64,000 nucleotides of DNA, taken from assembly GCA_002269645.1 (NCBI GenBank), contig NIVC01002523.1, positions 62,001 to 126,000 on the forward strand. The letters run 5' to 3'. Every line of letters begins with the position of its first letter. Position 1 is the stretch's first letter. This document shows positions 56,113 to 64,000 of this stretch, in pieces. Source of the DNA: Macrostomum lignano (Eukaryota). The notes beneath the pieces are model-generated. The model was not told where the DNA came from and searched no databases. It worked only from the letters and a program-made list of their open reading frames with translations. A program made the translations under genes and the position numbers.

Positions 56113-56263
56113 TATTGTAGGTGCATCAAACGCCCAGTACACTGAATATGTCAATGCTCAGCCTAGGAGTATCTACACCCTACATGAGTTGATTGCTCTC
56201 TGAGAACGGATAGCACGCACTGTCATTAAGAATTAACACAAGTGCGAGCACAATAATTCTCAG
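56113..56263 (-). ncRNA. Box H/ACA guide RNA, copy E
   Basis: Near-identical to C/D; changes are confined to loops and hinge. Confidence 0.78.
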
Positions 56264-57074
56264 TTCTCATATAACATGCTAACAGTGGCCGACTACATTA
56301 CTATACACAACAATACAATAAAAATATTGACCCTGACAGGAGTGAAAGTAAAAACGGTGTCATTATAATAGTATATTTACAAAAGCAGAATATATATATT
56401 GGATAAATAATAGCAACAGCCAGGGACTTACAGACAGGAAGCGCGAGAAAAATAGAATTGTCCGATAATGATTACTAATCATAATTAATACAATAAAAAC
56501 AATTAAAATGGTCGAAAAAAGGATTACTATAGTAAACATAAAAGACTGAATAAGGAAAAATAACCCAGAGTTTAACTGGTTGTTAAGAAATTTATGAAAG
56601 AAGCAGATTGGAAGACGGCAACAAATTAAAAGGCACTTCTACCTAGACCAGTGCTTAGTATAGTGTTGGCAGGTGTTAGTTGATGATAAAAAACTGCATA
56701 AGTTTGGTCATTTTAGCCGTGTGATAGCAGATTGTTACAGGGAAGAATAGCTCGTATCTACAGGAAGATTTATAAGCAGCTGGTAATAACGTCTGCTACT
56801 GACAGTAGTGTGCATAGCCTGCTAAAAACTAGCTTTTCAAATAATGTAATACATTTAGGGCCTTATATAGATCCGAATTGTTGCTTTAAATTGCGATAAT
56901 AATGGCACAATAAATAAAAGAGAAGCTGTTCAGTATTATGATAGAAACTTCTCTGGGTTGAAGCACAATAATTCTTTGTTGCTGCGCATAATTAAGAAAC
57001 ATACATAAATATAGACCTGCGGAATTTAGATAAACCTTGGTCAGCCCAATCACTTTAGCTTATTTTTTTTACAT

Positions 57075-57345
57075 CTGGCTCTAGGCGACTCTAAAATGAT
57101 GAGATGTCACAGTCAGTACAAGTCGCCTAAGAGCCAATTTGAGGCGTTTCATTTTCTGCGACTTTGAATCAACTCTGGGGTCACTTTATAAACTAGAATC
57201 GCATTTCGCATCTATAACAACTCTATCTAGTCTACTTGAGTAATTCGAAACATAAGCGCTAAAACACCGACTTTAAGATTCTGCAACTCCCGCTTATGTT
57301 GCGCGATTTAGTCGCTAAAATTACTAGTGCGTTGTTTGCAATGAA
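57075..57345. mobile_element. Degenerate copy of the dispersed repeat at 13.7-14.0 kb
   Basis: gtacaagtcgcctaagagccaatttgaggc and actagtgcgttgtttgcaa blocks. Confidence 0.5.
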
Positions 57346-57442
57346 TCTTTAGCTGTGAAAGTTTAATATTCTGGCTCACAGAAGTAGTTGTCAAGATTTT
57401 CTGGGGCTTAGACAACGCATACAGAGATAAGACAGCAGATTA

Positions 57443-57838
57443 TCAGGCAGGCTTCGACTGGAACACTCCAGCCGAAGCCAATATGGACACAATAATAATG
57501 ATAATAATAACGGCAACCACAACAGCCAGAATAATCTTCATTTTGGTATTCTGCCACCACATTTTCCGTTGCACCCGAGTTGTAGTCCGGCTGTACTGCA
57601 CAGCGGACTCCTGCAGCGCCTCGGTCCGGTCCACCAGCTTGTTGATGTTGCCATCCCGTTCGATAATCCTGTTCATGTTGTCCCGCATCACGTCGGACAC
57701 TTCGCCGACTGTCTGCTGCATTTGCTGCAGCCGGATATCGTCTGGATGCTGCGGCTGCGGCTGCGGCTGATCAGCGCCGCCACCGCCTCCGTCACCGCCT
57801 CCGCCTCCGCCGCCGTAGTTGTACCTTGACGAACTCAT
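57443..57838 (-). CDS. VAMP: Synaptobrevin/VAMP-family R-SNARE, 131 aa, single coding exon
   Basis: QQTVGEVSDVMRDNMNRIIERDGNINKLVDRTEAL SNARE motif with the zero-layer Arg; KMWWQNTKMKIIL followed by a TM helix. Confidence 0.93.
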   Translation of the reverse strand: MSSSRYNYGGGGGGGDGGGGGADQPQPQPQHPDDIRLQQMQQTVGEVSDVMRDNMNRIIERDGNINKLVDRTEALQESAVQYSRTTTRVQRKMWWQNTKMKIILAVVVAVIIIIIIVSILASAGVFQSKPA

Positions 57839-58663
57839 AGTGCATGAAAATAATAATTGGCCTGTTAGAATTAAATAACACATTCATATAATCTGTAGAA
57901 CAAAATACAGCCTACTTGTCTACTAATTTTCAGTAGTAAACATGCGTTTAAAGCTCGTTTACCCTTATTTGCTGCATCTGAAAAAAACCTATGCTTCTTT
58001 TTTCGTTTGAAAATACCTAAAAACGCTTATATTACTAATACTACTGTTAAGTGTAGAAGGAAAAAATATCTATTAAGATTTTTTAGACCTGTTGACTGGA
58101 CCAGGAAGCGGGCTTGCTGTACTAAAATGTGCTACAATAATAGTTATAAAAAATGTATCTTATCTAAAGCAGGAATTTTCAATCAAAATGCCTAAACTAC
58201 TACTACAAGTAGCTAAATAAAAATCAATTAAAATAACTAGCAATCCCTGTAGAAAAAAATGAAAAGAAACAAGACAGCAAGACAAGCAAATAAGTGCAGG
58301 ATAATACTCTGTCATTTCCATACAGAAAATATACTCGCATAATCTTATAAGATTTTAATCTTGGCAACCAATACAAAATGCACGCAACGACTCATTTAAT
58401 TGAAATCACGAGCGAATGCAGTTTAGGCGAGGCACAGAGCAGCTTGCCCTTTTAAGCTGGTAATCTTCCAGTCACTCAAACGAAGCGATACGGCAACCAA
58501 AACATTCTTCGGACAATGGGATCAAAGGAAACAACGGCAGGGAACAGTGGCATTTAAATTGCAAGGAGTTGTGGCTAAAATTACAGCTCATCTGTACACT
58601 CCTATCGCTCACAATAAATACAGTACTTCTTGTAGTACCCACTAAATAGGCCACTCAGTTACA

Positions 58664-59420
58664 CGAGGGGTGTCGCATGACTGTTTTTAACAGTCAGCAA
58701 GAGTAACAGCAACTGATCCATTTCATAGCGGCTTTACTTACTAATGACAGTGAAAAATTGTGAAAATATCAAGAACTTTTCAAAAGTTATAACTCTTTAC
58801 TTGCAGTGGGGTACTGCATCTCAATACATGAACAGGAACTTGGATGCTGCATATGGAGCCCCAGGAAACAGTAAGTCAGTTGTCTTTCAAAAAAGTTCCA
58901 ATGTCTTCCTTAGTGGCAACTGAGACCTCAATATAGGCACCCTTCAGTTGGATTGCATTTCCTTCACCGGGAAAGCATGTCTTCAATGGCATCTGCGTAC
59001 GCCTGTCTTGGCATTTCGTGGACAACAAGAACCTGTCGCACTTCCTGCTCAAGGCTGACACTATTAGCATGAACTCTGCCCCTCAGATTCAGAGTGCCAC
59101 ACAAGCAGAAGCAAATGAAACTTGTACCATAGATATAGAAAGTGATGACATGGCACATGCTAGAGATGTTTCGCACAATGTCGAATTTGGTTAATTTCTG
59201 TGAGAGTTAAAATTGTAGTCCAGTTCAGTTCTTGTTCATTGAGATGAAGTACTCCACTGCAGTTAAGGAGACTTAACTCTTGAAAAGTTCATGATATCTT
59301 CAAAATTATTTTACTGGGTCATTAGTAAGTAAAGCCGCTATGAAACAAATCAGTTTATGTTACTCTTGCTGACTGTTAAAATAATGTGAAAAAGTCCTAA
59401 GACTTTTTGGACACCCCTCA
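58664..59420 (-). mobile_element. Internally deleted Tc1/mariner element with ~190-bp imperfect inverted ends and a transposase C-terminal remnant
   Basis: Termini cgaggggtgtc / ggacacccctca+TA; the minus strand encodes ...AYADAIEDMLSR*RKC(I)QLKGAYIE, resembling the mariner RWxKCIxxxGxYxE C-terminus. Confidence 0.75.
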
Positions 59421-59965
59421 TATTTATGCAGTTAATGACTACTTTCTAAATCTGTTGTGTTAGAGATGTATCGAGTCTAAGAAAAAAATGCTATTTTTAG
59501 AATCCAGATGCTAAATTTAGATTTAGTTTCTTCCATAGATTCTGAACTACTATCTATGGCAATAACGTACTTTTGTCTCCGATATTAAACAAATTGGATG
59601 ACAATAAGCATCCACGACATGGATGAAGTTCATTGGCTGCTGCAATTTAATAATAGTCCCCCTAAGTTCTTAATGGCTGAAGCTTCTACTTAGGGGAAAT
59701 TCTAATTTCTTTCCCTCAAGACCGTCGTGGCACAGAGGAAGAAAGCAGTTAAAGATGTCTAACGTTAATCGTAACTTTGGAATTTTCCCCGCGTACAAGC
59801 TTCAGCCAGTAAGAACTTAGGTGGGGGGTATCCCAATTTTTAGGAAGCATTGGCCATAGACTCGCTTTCAGATGAGCGATCCTTTCTATTCCTTCATCCA
59901 TGATCCACGAAGAATAGATAAGAATTCAGCTAAGAGTCCAAATATTGAAGGCTATAATTAATAGT

Positions 59966-62900
59966 TCACTTCTTCCTGCTTCTAGTCCGCTGTTTATCAG
60001 CGTGTTGAACAATCTGCTGCCTAACTGGCATGCCTTTGCGCCGTCTCACTTCCATCAGATAATTGACAATCCGCATTCGTTCGTCGCGCAGGTCGTCGTC
60101 TTCGCGGGGCAGCATCAGCGGATCCCAGTCGCACAGGGCCCAGTGACTGAAGCGAAGCTGCGCCCCGGCGAAACCCGAAGTTCGTTTGCGTAGCTCATCT
60201 GCTAGGCCGAAGCTTTCAATAACTGGCATGTGACCGCGGAGTACAAACATGTTAGTGCCTTCTCGCAGGTCCTCCGACACAATGCGGCCCTGATGCTTGG
60301 CTAGGACTGCGTGTACTTTGCCTAATACCTGCGGGTATTAGCGCGAGATTGTGCAGCTAATTTAGTCTATGCTAGTTTTATAATGTACAGGTGGTACTTT
60401 GCACTCGATTCTTATGATTCTCTACATGTAGTGGTTTTTGTGCGTATTGACCAAAAACCATATATAAGATCTATGGTATTGACCCCCCCCCCTACCAACC
60501 CATCAGTGATTAGCTACCCCCCCTCGCCAATCCATCAATAGTTAGCTACCCCCCATCCATCAATAGTTAGCTACCCCCCCAATCCATCAATAGTTAGCTA
60601 CCCCCCCCATCCATCAATAGTTAGCTACCCCCCCCCAATCCATCAATAGTTAGCTACCCCCCCCAATCCATCAATAGTTAGCTACCCTCCAATCCATCAA
60701 TAGTTAGCTACCCCCCATCCATCAATAGTTAGCTACCCCCCCATCCATCAATAGTTAGCTACCCCCCCAATCCATCAATAGTTAGCTACCCCCCCCAATC
60801 CATCAAAAGTTAGCTACCCCCAATCCATCAATAGTTAGCTACCCCCCCCAATCCATCAAAAGTTAGCTACCCCCCCAATCCATCAATAGTTAGCTACCCC
60901 CCCCCCAATCCATCAATAGTTAGCTACTCCCCAATCCATCAATAGTTAGCTACTCCCCAATCCATCAATAGTTAGCTACCCCCCAATCCATCAATAGTTA
61001 GCTACCCCCCCCCCAATCCATCAATAGTTAGCTACCCTCCAATCCATCAATAGTTAGCTACCCTCCAATCCATCAATAGTTAGCTACCCCCATCAATCAA
61101 TAGTTAGCTACCCCCATCAATCAATAGTTAGCTATCCCCATCAATCAATAGTTAGCTACCCCCCCCAATCCATCAATAGTTAGCTACCCCCATCAATCAA
61201 TAGTTAGCTACCCCCCCAATCCATCAATAGTTAGCTACCCCCCCCCAATCCATCAATAGTTAGCTACTCCCCCCAATCCATCAATAGTTAGCTACCCCCC
61301 CCAATCCATCAATAGTTAGCTATCCCCCCCAATCCATCAATAGTAAGCTACCCCCCCCAATCCATCAATAGTTAGCTACCCCCCCCCAATCCATCAATAG
61401 TTAGCTATCCCCCAATCCATCAATAGTTAGCTACCCCCCTCGCCAATCCATCAATAGTTAGCTACCCCCCCATCCATCAATAGTTAGCTACCCCCCAATC
61501 CATCAATAGTTAGCTACCCCCCATCCATCAATAGTTAGCTACCCCCCCCAATCCATCAATAGTTAGCTACCCCCCCAATCCATCAATAGTTAGCAACCCC
61601 TCATCCATCAAAAGTTAACTACCCCCATCCATCAATAGTTAGCTACCCCCCCAATCCATCAATAGTTAGCTACCCCCCCAATCCATCAATAGTTAGCAAC
61701 CCCTCATCCATCAAAAGTTAGCTACCCCCATCAATCAATAGTTAGCTACCCCCCCCAATCCATCAATAGTTAGCTACCCCCCCCCCCAATCCATCAGTGG
61801 TTACATCAGCCGGTTGAAAGCCTACGAGTACATCCTACAGCCCTAGATAGGTAAATTCATTACCTCGCTGCGGCACTGCACATCAACGGTGAACGCGGCC
61901 AGCATGAGCCGCCTATTGGCGTGGCACAGGAACGCTTTGCCGAACGTCTTGCTCGCGTGGCTCATCAGCTGACCGGCTGACACCGTCAGCTCCGGGTAGC
62001 GCTCGTCTCCAGCTGTTGAAACTTCGCAAACGTCCAATAGAACGAAGGCGACGCCGCGTAGAGGCTCTCGACAAAGCGGACCTTGTTGACAAGTCCATTG
62101 GAAGCCGTTAATTATCGCCTGCCACAGGTGCGAGGAAACAGCCGATGCAGGAGTACTATTAGTAGTATTAGTAGGCAGCAATGGCGCGGCCAGGGTACCG
62201 TCGGGCAGTCTGGCGGACGGGCCAAGCAGCAGCAGGTTGCAGGGATCGCGGCGGGGCCCGGCAGCCAAGACGGAACAGTCGGCAAGTCTGCCAAGTTCAA
62301 CAGAAGCGGCGGCGGCATCAGAAGTGGCGGCTGAATCTAAGGCTAGGAGTTCGCTACGAAGGCCGTCGCGCAGGGCTAGAAGCGCGGTGTCAGCGGCGCC
62401 GGCAGCAGTGGGACGCCTGCGAAGCGCATCGGCGTGGTTCTCCAGCAGGCGAATGGCGCCAGCCGACAGAGGAACGGCGCGGACAGTCAGCGCCAGATGT
62501 CGGTCGGCGTCGCGAGCCTGCATTCGACAGCAGACGAGGCCCCGACAGGCGTCTAGCACCTCTGGATCGTCTTTGCCGCCAGATTCGCCGATGTCCAGCT
62601 GGCTGAGCAGCTCTTCCGGCGGCGCTTCGTCCGCGTCGTCTGTGTCAGCATCGGGATCGTCGGCGGCTGCGGCGGCGGCTTCAGCCAAAGCCTCGTCCGT
62701 AGCTAATGTCTCACGGAACGGCACCACGATAGGAGAGGTGGTGAATTCCACCTGGACGACGATAGCAAATTGCGGAGTATGGAGTATTATTAAATCTATT
62801 TTTTGCTACAATGGTAAAATGTTTCATTGAATTAAATCGTCAATATAGAACACTTCCACACAAGCATGAACATTATATTTTTATTGAAGGCCATGTGTTT

Positions 62901-64000
62901 GGCAGCCCCCGACTCCCGATTAGGAGTCCCTGACACCCAAATCAAAATTGATGACAAGATCCAACCCTGACATCCAGACAGGCATCCTGACAGCTAGATC
63001 AAAACTTGGCACCCAGGTCTAAACCCCTGACACCCAGGTCTAAACCATGGACACCCAGGTCTAAACCATGGACACCCAGGTCTAAACCATTGACACCCAG
63101 GTCTAAACCATTGACACCCAGGTCTAAACCCCTGACACCCAGGTCTAAACCATTGACACCCAGGTCTAAACCATTGACACCCAGGTCTAAACCATTGACA
63201 CCCAGGTCTAAACCCCTGACACCCAGGTCTAAACCATTGACACCCAGGTCTAAACCATTGACACCCAGGTCTAGACCCCTGACACCCAGGTCTAGACCCC
63301 TGACACCTAGGTCTAAACCCCTGACACCCAGGTCTAGACCCCTGACACCTAGGTCTAGACCCCTGACACCCAGGTCTAGACCCCTGACACCTAGGTCTAG
63401 ACCCCTGACACCCAGGTCTAGACCCCTGACACCTAGGTCTAGACCCCTGACACTCATGTCTAAATCCCCAATAATATTTTAATGAAACAAATTCTCACCT
63501 TAGCATAGCACTGCCGTAGGTCGCTTAAACACTTAGCCAGGTGCACCTCCCCACTAGAGCAGACGACATTCTCGCCAGTGTCTTCCAGCAGCACCTCGGC
63601 TCCGGGATCGTGCCGCTCTAGCAGGCGCAGCCCGGCCAGCAGGCGGCTCTGATCGGCCGGATTGACGCACTCGACTGCCACCCGGATGATGGGCGCCGCC
63701 TCCGACGCCATGTCGCTAAAAGCCGGACAATCCAGCGTAGCGCTCAAAGTTGCCGTTTTAATAACCCGATCGGCGAGACCTTCGACGCCAACAATGGCGC
63801 CGGCGCCGGCGCCGGGCACCGATTCGAAGTCGCGACCTCGCATTAGTAGCACTCGGCCTATTGTGCAAACGCTCGCGTGTCTCAGTCCGGAATCGGACAG
63901 TCGTTTCTCAGCGTCCAGCGCGTCCGGCGTCAATTCGGCCAGGCCCGGCGGCAACCGGTCGGGTCGGTGGCGCGGCGACAGCAGAAACAGGCGATCGCCG
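59966..64000 (-). CDS. EFL1: Elongation factor-like GTPase 1 (EFL1/Ria1), 3' part. Exons >64000-63499, 62751-61864, 60328-59966
   Basis: APIIRVAVECVNPAD..L..GLRLL...DP...V..EDTGENV....GEVHL..CL.DL; VPFRET; GPLCREPLRGV; LPV.ESFG.ADE.RKRTSG.A..QL.FSHW; phase-0 GT-AG junctions. Confidence 0.95.
60505..61795 (+). repeat. ~26-bp minisatellite (C-run + AATCCATCAATAGTTAGCTA) filling an EFL1 intron
   Basis: Direct reading; variable poly-C length. Confidence 0.96.
62990..63455 (+). repeat. 21-bp minisatellite (TGACACCCAGGTCTA(A/G)ACC..) in an EFL1 intron
   Basis: Direct reading. Confidence 0.95.

Overview
Eukaryotic (animal) genomic DNA; the gene content, GC-rich compact exons and (CAGA)n and minisatellite load suggest a free-living flatworm such as Macrostomum (inference, not verified). 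Bases 1 to ~12.6 kb are the right part of a decaying Polinton/Maverick (adintovirus-like) endogenous virus. It carries a frameshifted protein-primed DNA polymerase B, an adenain-like protease, a TM-hairpin protein, a coiled-coil protein, an A32-like packaging ATPase, a putative core protein, an intact major capsid protein, a minor capsid/penton with an in-frame stop, and a two-exon spliced gene. No integrase lies inside the window. The rest holds five host genes, all on the minus strand: thyroid hormone receptor (NR1A), TMF1, TIMELESS, a VAMP/synaptobrevin and the 3' part of EFL1. Their introns and spacers are filled with unrelated minisatellites, MITEs, two tRNA-derived SINEs, a recent 5'-truncated RTE and a mariner remnant. 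The main unannotated signals are three: (1) five copies of a box H/ACA guide RNA in and upstream of TIMELESS, predicted to target U2 snRNA U34 and possibly a 28S site; (2) 3' splice-acceptor-like motifs directly before the ATG of Polinton capsid and packaging genes on both strands, possibly indicating trans-splicing; (3) two degenerate copies of the 28S rDNA helix 69-71 / R2 target site inside introns. All alignments were done by eye and reference RNAs were recalled from memory.
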